A stretch of 64,000 nucleotides of DNA from Coleofasciculus sp. B1-GNL1-01 (GTDB lineage Bacteria; Cyanobacteriota; Cyanobacteriia; Cyanobacteriales; Coleofasciculaceae). The stretch lies in the NCBI GenBank assembly GCA_040220235.1, contig JAVJTO010000006.1; one strand, 5' to 3'. The notes under the pieces are model-generated. The model was not told where the DNA came from, did not search any database, and saw only the letters and a list, made by a program, of their open reading frames with translations. The translations under genes and the position numbers were made by a program. Positions within the stretch are counted from its first letter, which is position 1, and every line of letters starts with the position of its first letter. Positions 41,570 to 50,914 of this stretch are shown piece by piece.

Positions 41570-44500
41570 ATGGATAACTATATAGACGAGAGTACCATTG
41601 ATAATCAGGAAGCCTTAGAGGAATTAATCTGGGCAATTGAAGCCTCTGAGGGACGATTTTATATAATGCTAGCGCGTTGTAATTATGCGTATTTGCAAGA
41701 CCGTTTAATCCAGCAGGTGCAAGACCAATGTGTCCTTGATATTCGAGTCATTCACCTGAAGCAATCAGATCGAACCCTTTACTCGACCATTTGCGCCCAA
41801 TTAGGACAGGAAATGCCCGACGCCCTGATGGTATCTGGATTAGCTACGGTGGATAATCTGGATGATATGCTGAGGGCAACGAATCAGGTGCGGGAGGAGT
41901 TTCGCAAGAATTTCCACTTTCCGGTTATTTTGTGGATTAATGATGCAGTTCATGTCAAGTTTCTGAGAATTGCACCCGATTTTGAGAGTTGGACAACGAC
42001 CACTCGATTTGCTATACCAACGAATGAGTTAACTGAGGTTTTACAGGAGACGTTTGAGTCGTTATTGGCGACAGCATTAGCCGTTAATTCCTCTCAATCC
42101 TTATACAACTTAAGCGACGTTTTAGATCAAGGGTGCTTAAGTCGTTCAGAAGTTGACTTGGCGTTAAAAGAGTTACCCCATCGGGTGCAAGACTTAGACC
42201 CCCAGCTTGAAGCGGGATTGCAGTTTATTCGCGGGTTAAATGCTGGAGATAGTCCCGAAGCGTTAGAGTATTTTCAGCAAAGTTTAACATTTTGGCAGCA
42301 GGTAGGGGCGGGTTTAACTGATGACTTATCGGATCAAACCGATAACCTCACTAAACTCGCCCCGATTGACCCCAAAGTCGGGGAACTTGATAACGAAATT
42401 CAATCCACCCCGATTAATTCCAAATTAAAAGCTGGATTGGTTTTATTTCATATTGGACTCTACCACTATCGCACAACTGACCGCCAAAAACACCAGGCGG
42501 TTAACTGGCAAAAATCTAAGATTTACCTCCAGCATGGTATAGACTTATTTGAGCAAGAAAACCGCCCCGATTTAGTAGCAAAATGCATTACTCAACTCGA
42601 ACGAGTGCTGCAACGGATGCAAGCCTGGGATGAATTGGAACAGGTAGCGCAAAAGGCTTTACCTTTACATCAACAGTATGGCAGTACCAGTAAATTAGTT
42701 CAAGATTATAGCTTTTTAGCCGAAGTCGCCTTACAGCAACAGCGCTGGGAGGATGCGCGTCAAGCCGCACAGCAAGCGGAGGATATTATTACTCAACTTC
42801 CGAAACCTAAGCGCTGGATTCAGGGATTAAATTTGCTGTTTTTAGCTCAAGCTGAACGGCAATTAGGAAATAAGCAAGCGGCGATTTTTCATTTAGTTAA
42901 AGCTAGGGAATTAGGTGATTTTCGGCATCCCCTGATTTCTGTTCGCATATTAGAAGAGTTACGAGAACTCTATTTTGAAGAAAGGCAATATTTAGCGGCG
43001 TTTGCGACAAAAAAACAGCGACGTTCCATTGAACAGCAATATGGTATTCGTGCTTTTATTGGTGCGGGACGACTGCAACCGCACCGAGAAGATGCTTCTT
43101 ACTGGTCACGGGATTTGGAAAACCTCTCTCCTGCAAGGAGAGAGGCTTTGGGTTCTTTCTCCTTAAAAAATCAGCAAGAAGCTTCAGTCAAAACAGATAA
43201 CCAAGAGTCAGTCGCACCGGAAATTATCGCCTCTGGACGACAGCGAGATTTAGAGCGCTTATTAGAACGGATTGGACGGAATGATTGTAAATTAATTGTC
43301 ATTCACGGACGTTCTGGGGTGGGAAAAAGTTCGTTAGTGAATGCCGGATTAGTTCCAGCGTTGAAGCACAGAGTTATTGGTACTCAGAAAAATGTTCCGA
43401 TTTCAATCCGAGTTTATACCAATTGGATAGAGGAATTAGAAAAGCAGTTACTTAATGACGATGAACCCGTAGGGGCGGGTTTAGACGATAACCTTTCGGG
43501 AAAACCAATAACCGCTCAACAAAACCCGCCCAATTCTTCTGATTTAGAGGATAACTGTCCCGAAAAACCAACAACATCTCCACCCAATCCCCCTTATTTC
43601 CAAATCCTGGAACAGTTACGACAGGATGAACAGCGTCAGCGGCGGACAGTGCTAATTTTTGACCAGTTTGAGGAATTCTTTTTTGTTTATACCAATGCGG
43701 CTGAACGACGACAGTTTTGGCAGTTTTTGGCAGACTGTTTGAATATTTTATCGGTGAAGGTGATTCTGTCGCTACGGGAAGATTATTTGCATTATTTGTT
43801 AGAGTGCAATCGCCTGGATAGCATGAGTGTGATTGGTCATGACATTCTGGGGAAGAATGTGTTGTATGAATTAGGGAACTTTTCACCAACCGATGCCAGA
43901 GCCATTATAGAAGATTTAACCACGCGATCGCGCTTTTATTTAGAACCTGCTTTAATTGACCAACTGGTGAAGGATTTGGCGGGTAAAACGGGGGAAATCT
44001 TACCGATTGAATTGCAGGTAGTGGGGGCGCAGTTACAGGCGGAAAATATTAAAACATTGACGGAGTATCGGGAGTTAGGCACGAAAGAAGAATTAGTCAA
44101 GCGCTATTTGGAGGAAGTGGTTGAGGACTGTGGCGCTGAGAATCAGCAGGCGGCGGAATTGGTGCTGTATTTGCTGACGGATGAAAAAGGAACTCGTCCG
44201 CTGAAGACTCGCGCTGAATTGGAACGGGATTTAGAGGGATTAGCGGCGGATTTAACCCGGGAAGCGGGTAAATTGGATTTGGTCTTAAGGATTTTCGTGG
44301 ATTCGGGTTTAGTATTTTTGTTGCCAGAAACGCCTTATGACCGTTATCAATTAGTTCATGATTATTTAGCTGAGTTTATTCGTAAGCAGCAGGAATCGAG
44401 GTTAAATGAGTTAATTGCCGAACTGGAAAAAGAACGAGAACAACGCCAAAAGGCAGAGGCGCTTAATCGGCTAGCTCAAGAAGAACTAGAAAGGACGGAA

Positions 44501-47242
44501 AAGAGTAAAAAGGTATTGGCATTGGCTAATCAACAAGCCAAGCGTCGGATTCAGATGGGTTCGGCAATACTGGGTTTAACTCTTGTAGCGGCAGTAGTGA
44601 TATGGATATGGTCAGAAACGAAAGTGTCAACTGCACAACTACAAGTTGAACAAGCCGAACAGCAAGTCAAGGATGCTGACATCAGAGTAAAGGAAGCTAA
44701 TTCTAGAGAAATTCAAGCGGAGCAAAAAGTAAAAACTGTAGAGAAAAAAGTAAGTAACTCTCAAAAAAGAGCAAGAGAAGCCAATCAAAAAGTTGAAGAA
44801 GCTAAGAAGCGTTTAACAGTAGCCAATCGAGAGTTAAATAACGCTCGTCTTAGAGAAGCGAAAGCGAGGCAAAATTTAGATGCAGTGAAAGCAGAACAGA
44901 ATCGAGTTGCTCAAGAGGCACAGCAAAAAATTCAAGTAGCAGAGCGGAAAATCCAAGATGCGGAGAAACGACTGATAACTGCACAGACAAAACGACAGCA
45001 GGCAGAAGTACAAGCAAGAGATGCTCAAACCCAATTTGAGCAAGCACAGATAGCAGTAGCCGAGGCTAAAACACAGTTAGAACTGGCAGATTCGGCACGG
45101 AAAGAAGCCATTATAGGTACTAAATTAGAGCAAGAAGGAGCAAGAGCTTTACTGCAGTTTCAATCGGGTCAACAACTAGAAGGTTTACTTTCAGCGATTC
45201 AGAGTGGGAAAGAGTTGAAGGCTTTGTTAAACGATAAACGTCCTATCCAAGACTATCCCGCGAGTAGTCCTCTATTGGCTTTACAAAGTATTCTTGCCAA
45301 TATCTATGAACGAAATCGATTTAATGGGTATCAAGACGGTGTTTGGGGTGTAAGTTTAAGTCCAGATGGGAAATATATTGCCACTGGAGGCGAAGACGGT
45401 ACAGTCCATATTTGGAATTTAGCAGGACAAAAAATTGCTAAATTGGATGCTCATCAGCGTGAAGTTATGAGTGTCAGTTTTAGCCCAGACGGGCAACGTT
45501 TAGCTACATCTGGAAAAGATGGCAACGCCAAACTCTGGAATTTATCTGGACAACAAATTGCTCAATTTGATGGACATAAAGGTTCAGTAATTTGGGTTCA
45601 ATTTAGTCCAGATGGACAGCGTATAGCAACTACAGGAGGAGATAATACCGTTAGACTCTGGGATTTATCGGGAGAACAAATCGCCTTATTTGATACTAAT
45701 CAGCAAGGAGTGTGGGATGTAAATTTCAGTCCTAATGGACAGTATCTCGCTACCACAGGATTTGACGGCACCGTTAAACTTTTGAATTTGTCTGGACAAA
45801 TCATTGCTGAAATGAAAGGTCATCAAGGAATAGTGCGGAGTGTTAGCTTTAGTCCAGATGGTCAGTATTTGGCTACGGCGGGAGATGACGATACAGTCCA
45901 AGTTAGAAAACTGTCAGGGCAACAAATCAATATAGTAAATAAATTTAAGGGAAATCAGAATGGAATCTGGGACGTAAGTTTTAGTCCGGATGGAAAACGT
46001 CTAGCTACAGCAGGACTCGATGGTACAATAAAAGTCTGGCAACCGTTTGCACGGTTTGCACAGCCAACTGCTGAAATACAGGGTCATCAGGGTATTGCTT
46101 ATCACGCAATATTCAGTTTAGATGGACAATATTTAGTTACTGCCTCTGAAGATGAAATTTCTAAAATTTGGGATATATCAAGTCACTATTTTAGTCAGTT
46201 TATTACAAGTCAGGTTAAAATAAATAATATAATTTTTAGCCCTGATTATAAACATATTGCTACAGTTGGTGCAGATGGCACAGTTAAGATCTGGACTCTC
46301 TCAGGAAAACAGGTTACCCAATTAGAACCGAAACTCAGCAATACTGAAACAGATGAGAACGGAACTCAACTGCGTTTTATACCATATAGTCGATACTTAA
46401 TGAGTGTTGATTTTAGCCCAGAGGCAAACCGTTTAGCTACGGGTGGCGAGGATGGTTTGATTCGCCTGTGGAATTTGTCAGGTCAACAATTAACTGAATT
46501 TCGGAGCCATCAAGAGGTAGTTCGTAGTGTAAGTTTTAGCCCCAACGGAAAACGTCTCGCCACTGTAGGAAAAGATGGCAGTGTTTTTCTGTGGAACCTA
46601 TCTGGTCAAAAATTAGCCGAATTTAAGGGGCATTCAGAGGCATTCCTCAGTGTCAGTTTCAGCCCGGATGGACAACACCTCGCTACTGTGGGAGAAGAGG
46701 GCAGTGTTTTTCTGTGGAACCTATCTGGTCAAAAATTAGCCGAATTCAAGGGGCATTCAGGGGCAGTCCTCAGTGTGAGTTTTAGTCCCGATGGAAAACA
46801 ACTGGCTACTGCAGGAGAAGATCAGACAGCTCGACTTTGGGATTTATCGGGAAAACAAATAGCTCCCTTAAAAGGGCATCAAGAGGCAGTCTTAAGTGTG
46901 AAATATAGTCCAGATGGACAGCGTTTAGTCACAGCAGGAGAAGATGGAATTGCACGACTATGGGACTTATCGGGACGACAAATTGGTCAAATTGATGTAT
47001 ATCAACGTGTTTATAGTCGTGGTGTTTATGAAAACGTATCTCTAAGTGTAAGCTTTAGCCCAGATGGTAAACTGTTGGCTACAGCAGGAGAGTACAGTAC
47101 AGTTAAATTGTGGCGTATGGAAGGATTAGAGGAACTGTTAGAGAGAGGCTGTGATTGGTTGCGCTTCTATTTGAATAACCCCAGTGCCAATCTGAATGAG
47201 AGCGATCGCCGCATCTGCGACGGTATTAATAGTAACAGTTAG
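41570..47242 (+). CDS. Multidomain STAND-type protein: N-terminal domain, TPR-like helices, nSTAND1-like NTPase, TM, coiled coil, ~14 WD40 repeats
   Basis: APDFESW N-terminal motif; GRSGVGKSSL..AGL; IFDQFEE; REDY; LVHDYL; repeated GH....SV.FSPDG..LATAG.DG...LW. Confidence 0.88.
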   Translation: MDNYIDESTIDNQEALEELIWAIEASEGRFYIMLARCNYAYLQDRLIQQVQDQCVLDIRVIHLKQSDRTLYSTICAQLGQEMPDALMVSGLATVDNLDDMLRATNQVREEFRKNFHFPVILWINDAVHVKFLRIAPDFESWTTTTRFAIPTNELTEVLQETFESLLATALAVNSSQSLYNLSDVLDQGCLSRSEVDLALKELPHRVQDLDPQLEAGLQFIRGLNAGDSPEALEYFQQSLTFWQQVGAGLTDDLSDQTDNLTKLAPIDPKVGELDNEIQSTPINSKLKAGLVLFHIGLYHYRTTDRQKHQAVNWQKSKIYLQHGIDLFEQENRPDLVAKCITQLERVLQRMQAWDELEQVAQKALPLHQQYGSTSKLVQDYSFLAEVALQQQRWEDARQAAQQAEDIITQLPKPKRWIQGLNLLFLAQAERQLGNKQAAIFHLVKARELGDFRHPLISVRILEELRELYFEERQYLAAFATKKQRRSIEQQYGIRAFIGAGRLQPHREDASYWSRDLENLSPARREALGSFSLKNQQEASVKTDNQESVAPEIIASGRQRDLERLLERIGRNDCKLIVIHGRSGVGKSSLVNAGLVPALKHRVIGTQKNVPISIRVYTNWIEELEKQLLNDDEPVGAGLDDNLSGKPITAQQNPPNSSDLEDNCPEKPTTSPPNPPYFQILEQLRQDEQRQRRTVLIFDQFEEFFFVYTNAAERRQFWQFLADCLNILSVKVILSLREDYLHYLLECNRLDSMSVIGHDILGKNVLYELGNFSPTDARAIIEDLTTRSRFYLEPALIDQLVKDLAGKTGEILPIELQVVGAQLQAENIKTLTEYRELGTKEELVKRYLEEVVEDCGAENQQAAELVLYLLTDEKGTRPLKTRAELERDLEGLAADLTREAGKLDLVLRIFVDSGLVFLLPETPYDRYQLVHDYLAEFIRKQQESRLNELIAELEKEREQRQKAEALNRLAQEELERTEKSKKVLALANQQAKRRIQMGSAILGLTLVAAVVIWIWSETKVSTAQLQVEQAEQQVKDADIRVKEANSREIQAEQKVKTVEKKVSNSQKRAREANQKVEEAKKRLTVANRELNNARLREAKARQNLDAVKAEQNRVAQEAQQKIQVAERKIQDAEKRLITAQTKRQQAEVQARDAQTQFEQAQIAVAEAKTQLELADSARKEAIIGTKLEQEGARALLQFQSGQQLEGLLSAIQSGKELKALLNDKRPIQDYPASSPLLALQSILANIYERNRFNGYQDGVWGVSLSPDGKYIATGGEDGTVHIWNLAGQKIAKLDAHQREVMSVSFSPDGQRLATSGKDGNAKLWNLSGQQIAQFDGHKGSVIWVQFSPDGQRIATTGGDNTVRLWDLSGEQIALFDTNQQGVWDVNFSPNGQYLATTGFDGTVKLLNLSGQIIAEMKGHQGIVRSVSFSPDGQYLATAGDDDTVQVRKLSGQQINIVNKFKGNQNGIWDVSFSPDGKRLATAGLDGTIKVWQPFARFAQPTAEIQGHQGIAYHAIFSLDGQYLVTASEDEISKIWDISSHYFSQFITSQVKINNIIFSPDYKHIATVGADGTVKIWTLSGKQVTQLEPKLSNTETDENGTQLRFIPYSRYLMSVDFSPEANRLATGGEDGLIRLWNLSGQQLTEFRSHQEVVRSVSFSPNGKRLATVGKDGSVFLWNLSGQKLAEFKGHSEAFLSVSFSPDGQHLATVGEEGSVFLWNLSGQKLAEFKGHSGAVLSVSFSPDGKQLATAGEDQTARLWDLSGKQIAPLKGHQEAVLSVKYSPDGQRLVTAGEDGIARLWDLSGRQIGQIDVYQRVYSRGVYENVSLSVSFSPDGKLLATAGEYSTVKLWRMEGLEELLERGCDWLRFYLNNPSANLNESDRRICDGINSNS

Positions 47243-47309
47243 TCGTTTAGTCAGTGCGCGTAGGCGCACCATTCTTTGTATAGCTGCGATTTCCAATCGC
47301 CAGGTATTA

Positions 47310-47485
47310 TCTAATGCCAAAAAATCTGCCTTAACTTGGTCTAACCATTCCTTTTGAGCGGCTGTAAGTTCGGGTAATTCTCCCTGCCATTCCCCAAAAA
47401 ACTGCTCATCCTCAACTTGTTGCAGATTGAACTTTTCTTTGACATCATGCAGGGTTAGTTCACTGGCTTGAATCACTTGTGCCAT
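47310..47485 (-). pseudogene. Truncated N-terminus of a cyanobacterial restriction-endonuclease-like (HsdR_N-type) protein
   Basis: MAQVIQASELTLHDVKEKFNLQQVEDEQFFGEWQGELPELT...LDQVK; similarity ends after ~60 aa and the ORF runs into a REP and the antisense of the WD40 gene. Confidence 0.55.
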
Positions 47486-47813
47486 AATCGTTGAGTCATT
47501 AGCTAGCATTCTTTTAGTATAAGGGTTTAAGCTGCTGATGTAACAGGACGCGATCGCCTCTCTAAAAGGTATCATCTAAGCGTCTCAAAATTGTAATTTC
47601 AATAATAGCGAAATCTTTGTAGTGCGTTTAGCGAAGCCATGCCGCAGGCTTTGCATCTTGCTCGCTAATCATCAGACAAGGGCGACCCGATCAAATTGAG
47701 AGGACTAGAGTTTTTAATTTGTGCAAGCGGGTCGCCCCTACCCAAAAATTAACTATCAAATTGAGAGGAATAGAATTGTTAATTCATGCAAGCGGGTTGC
47801 CCCTACAAGAAAT

Positions 47814-48572
47814 TTAACGATAGATTGCCTGATCAATAGTCACTCGAAAAAATGCTCCTTCTGACTCAAAACGTTCGCTACCAAAATGCCATCCACCTAA
47901 CAAGCGAGTCGGGATAGTGTAGCCGCCAAACGTCCCTTCTGCTTCCACCACACCGCCGAAGTTTTCATAATGAAACTCACCACCTTCAGGATTACCCCAA
48001 CGCCTCAGATTGACACTCTCCAATCCCCCTTGATGATCAACCGTGAGGATCAGGTTGCACCTCTCGCCAAACTGGGTTAAGTTACCATGAGCATGAACGG
48101 TATCGGGTGCAGTCCAGGATATATCCTGTTGACAGAGTACAGACGGTAACCAAATCAATTCTGCCAACATTCGACCCACAGCCGATCGCGTCATATCTGC
48201 ACCTGAATCTGTCATCACGGGAAATAGCCCAAACAGCTTCCACCGCATCCCGCCAACGCCATCCACCAGCCGATCAGATCCCCATATCGGTAAGCCATTC
48301 ATCCGTACCGCCGCCCGCCAAATAAAACCTCGACGCCAAGAGATGACTTGTTCAGCCGTGAAGGGAAGCCAACCCCGCAGTTTAATTTCACCATGCATCC
48401 GCAGTCGCACCGCAGAGGCTAATGGTGTTCCGGGCGCGATCGCATGGTTCAGATAGCGTTGTACCGTATCAGGATACCCTACTAACTGATCGGGTTGAAA
48501 TATCTGTTCGCTGGGTGGCGTTGACTCCCACAACTCGTTTAGGGAAACTGCTTGACTCATCACTACCTCCAA
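47814..48572 (-). CDS. Conserved hypothetical protein (DUF6544/DUF6920-like)
   Basis: P..VQRYL, W.PF.A.Q, F.W.A, R.LAE..W.PS. Confidence 0.7.
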   Translation of the reverse strand: MEVVMSQAVSLNELWESTPPSEQIFQPDQLVGYPDTVQRYLNHAIAPGTPLASAVRLRMHGEIKLRGWLPFTAEQVISWRRGFIWRAAVRMNGLPIWGSDRLVDGVGGMRWKLFGLFPVMTDSGADMTRSAVGRMLAELIWLPSVLCQQDISWTAPDTVHAHGNLTQFGERCNLILTVDHQGGLESVNLRRWGNPEGGEFHYENFGGVVEAEGTFGGYTIPTRLLGGWHFGSERFESEGAFFRVTIDQAIYR

Positions 48573-48784
48573 CCCTGATTCTTAAAAACAATTGTCCGGA
48601 TTAAATCGTTATAATCCAGTATTTATTATTAGTGAAGCTAACCAATTCATCAGGTTGCTATAGGAAGATACAAATCTGTTCTCAGACTACACAAACCTTC
48701 CCTCTTCCATAATCAGCATTTTCCAATCACGAATCATCAATTACCAGGTTGCAATCCACCTAGTCATAAACCTAGCCAATCCAG

Positions 48785-49723
48785 TTGGCGTTTATAACTG
48801 CTAGTCCTATTGAAATTGTACCGATGTCACGTCACCATTTATCCAGTCCTCAGCGAAAATTCACTCGACGTTCATTTCTAGTCCTAGGTGGTGCAGCTTT
48901 AGCCCAAGGGTTGGGACTTGTTTCCCCAGTTGCCGCCGAGTCTGTCAGTCTTCGCCGCAGTACGATTCTCGGTGTTCCCCTCTATCAAACCCATATTGAT
49001 CTGACCAACCCCGATACATTTATCGCCATTGGTTTAGCTAATAATTCCACGTTGGGAAATCATCAAGGGGCGATTGGCGAGGAATCGTTTGGTAATATGG
49101 TTCGTCGCTATCATGCGGCTGTCGTCGCCAGTGGCACATTTTTTAGTAAAAAAGACCCAAAACGGCTGATGGGAAATATGGTCTCCGCTGGAACCTTTCT
49201 CAAATACAGTCCCTGGGAAAATTATGGCACGACGCTGGGATTACGGGTCGGAAACCAACCGGAATTAGTGACAGCGCGAGTGGATGGAAAGCCAGACTGG
49301 AGTCAACATTGGTTTTCGCTGACTGGGGGTCCCAGACTGCTGAGGAACGGGAAAGTTTGGTTAGCGCCGCGTAGTGAAGGATTTACTGACCCGCGTGTTA
49401 TGGGTGTGGCGCATCGCTGTGCGATCGGGTTTCCCGCTAGTGGCAAAAAATTAGTCTTGGTCACGTTTCTAGCACCGTTACCGTTATGGAAAGAAGCGAA
49501 GGTAATGCGGGCAATTGGGTGCAGCGAAGCGATGAATTTAGATGGTGGTGCATCTAGCGCATTATACCAGAGGGGGAGGATTTTAGTGAATCCTAAACGG
49601 ATGCTCACGAACGCGATCGTGGTGTATGATTCCCATCATCCTGCACCGACATTCTTACGAGAGACTTGGCAGAAGTTTCAACAAGGAGAACGACCTGTTG
49701 TTCCCCAGTTATTCAGAGTTTGA
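48785..49723 (+). CDS. Phosphodiester glycosidase (NAGPA) family protein with Tat signal
   Basis: FTRRSFL Tat motif; GTFF, GGPRLL, R.AIG, AMNLDGGAS; start may be ATG 48824. Confidence 0.85.
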   Translation: MAFITASPIEIVPMSRHHLSSPQRKFTRRSFLVLGGAALAQGLGLVSPVAAESVSLRRSTILGVPLYQTHIDLTNPDTFIAIGLANNSTLGNHQGAIGEESFGNMVRRYHAAVVASGTFFSKKDPKRLMGNMVSAGTFLKYSPWENYGTTLGLRVGNQPELVTARVDGKPDWSQHWFSLTGGPRLLRNGKVWLAPRSEGFTDPRVMGVAHRCAIGFPASGKKLVLVTFLAPLPLWKEAKVMRAIGCSEAMNLDGGASSALYQRGRILVNPKRMLTNAIVVYDSHHPAPTFLRETWQKFQQGERPVVPQLFRV

Positions 49724-50024
49724 AGGATTAAAAAATATATCGTCTTAAAAAGAGCGATCGCCTGTTCAGATCCCTGTAGGGGCGACCCGCTTAGCCTAAT
49801 TAACACCACCAGTCACAGGGCGGGTTTACAAAAGTTACCAATTTGGGCTTGCATGTTATAGGTCAAACCCGCCCCTACAGATTCTCGGGTCGCCTTCGAT
49901 ATGATTAAGACCGATATTACTATCGTTATCGTTGATGGTTCTCTAGAAACAGTTATACCACCTCTAGGGACACGGCACTGCCGTGCTGTTATGCATTTAA
50001 ATTGGGTATTAGTAGCGAGCAAGA

Positions 50025-50409
50025 TATGCTACTCAGAGATCGAGAGATTTACGATGTGAATCAATCTATCATCGCCGCTGAAACTGGAGTGCCTGTGAGT
50101 GCTGAAGTTCTGGCACTTGTACTCAATAGTCTTGATGACAGTAGCTCTAGAGTTTGGTTAGGTGGTACTGTGTCTATTCCAGAAACAACAGACTCGGAAA
50201 TAATCGATATACTGATTAGTACAGGTTCGTGGGGGGCGGTTTTGTGGGAACCCTTGGCTCATTTAGGTCACATAGTTGTTGTTGATGGAATTGACGAGAC
50301 TGGAAAAATTCTAATTCGTGACCCTTAGGATGCTACAAGTTATAAGATGGATAGAGAAGAATTTATAAATTATTGGAATAGTCAAGCCATTTATTCACTA
50401 AGGCGATGA
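50025..50409 (+). pseudogene. Papain-fold (C39-like) peptidase pseudogene
   Basis: GHIVVVDG...ILIRDP*D..Y.M..EEF..YW continues past TAG 50326-50328 to a TGA overlapping the next ATG; catalytic-Cys N-terminus replaced by MITE sequence. Confidence 0.7.
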
Positions 50410-50900
50410 ACGTAAAAGTTTTATCAATTAAACCCGCCCAAAAGCCTAACTCCTATGAGGTATTGTTGTCGATTGGTGAAAATAAGCACTTATTCAAATT
50501 TACCACTGAAGTTAATCAAGTGGGAGGTCGTCAACTTCAGACAACTCATGGAGAGCGCAGGTTTTTAGATTGGTTCAGGTTTAATCAGCGGGTAGCCATG
50601 AATGTAAGTAAGTTAGTCTCTCAATTTTACAAGAAAGAAGCCGTTGAACTTCCAGCAGATGTCGGTAAATTTGTGACTTCTGAAGAAGCTGTATCAACAT
50701 TGAAGCCATTTAAATGCGATCGCCAGCCAGAAACGGGTGATGGCGGTAGAGAAAGTTTAATTGATCAGGATACAGGAAAGACGAGTCAGGACGTTCGTCA
50801 AAAAGCGATCGCGTTAGTCGAAAACTTGCCAGACTCTTTGCTGGATGAAGCCGTTCACGTTTTGGAATCGTTGTCTGTCAAGGCTAATACTCCAGAGTAG
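50406..50900 (+). CDS. Hypothetical protein with C-terminal antitoxin-like helical hairpin
   Basis: 164 aa; ATGA coupling to the upstream pseudogene; tail VRQKAIALVENLPDSLLDEAVHVLESL. Confidence 0.65.
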   Translation: MNVKVLSIKPAQKPNSYEVLLSIGENKHLFKFTTEVNQVGGRQLQTTHGERRFLDWFRFNQRVAMNVSKLVSQFYKKEAVELPADVGKFVTSEEAVSTLKPFKCDRQPETGDGGRESLIDQDTGKTSQDVRQKAIALVENLPDSLLDEAVHVLESLSVKANTPE

Positions 50901-50914
50901 CGATCGCTGAGAGT

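Noticed and set aside
47138..47575. 145-aa ORF as an intact gene or as the missing HsdR
   Set aside because: Only ~60 aa look protein-like, the rest overlaps a REP and the WD40 gene antisense, and there are no helicase motifs.
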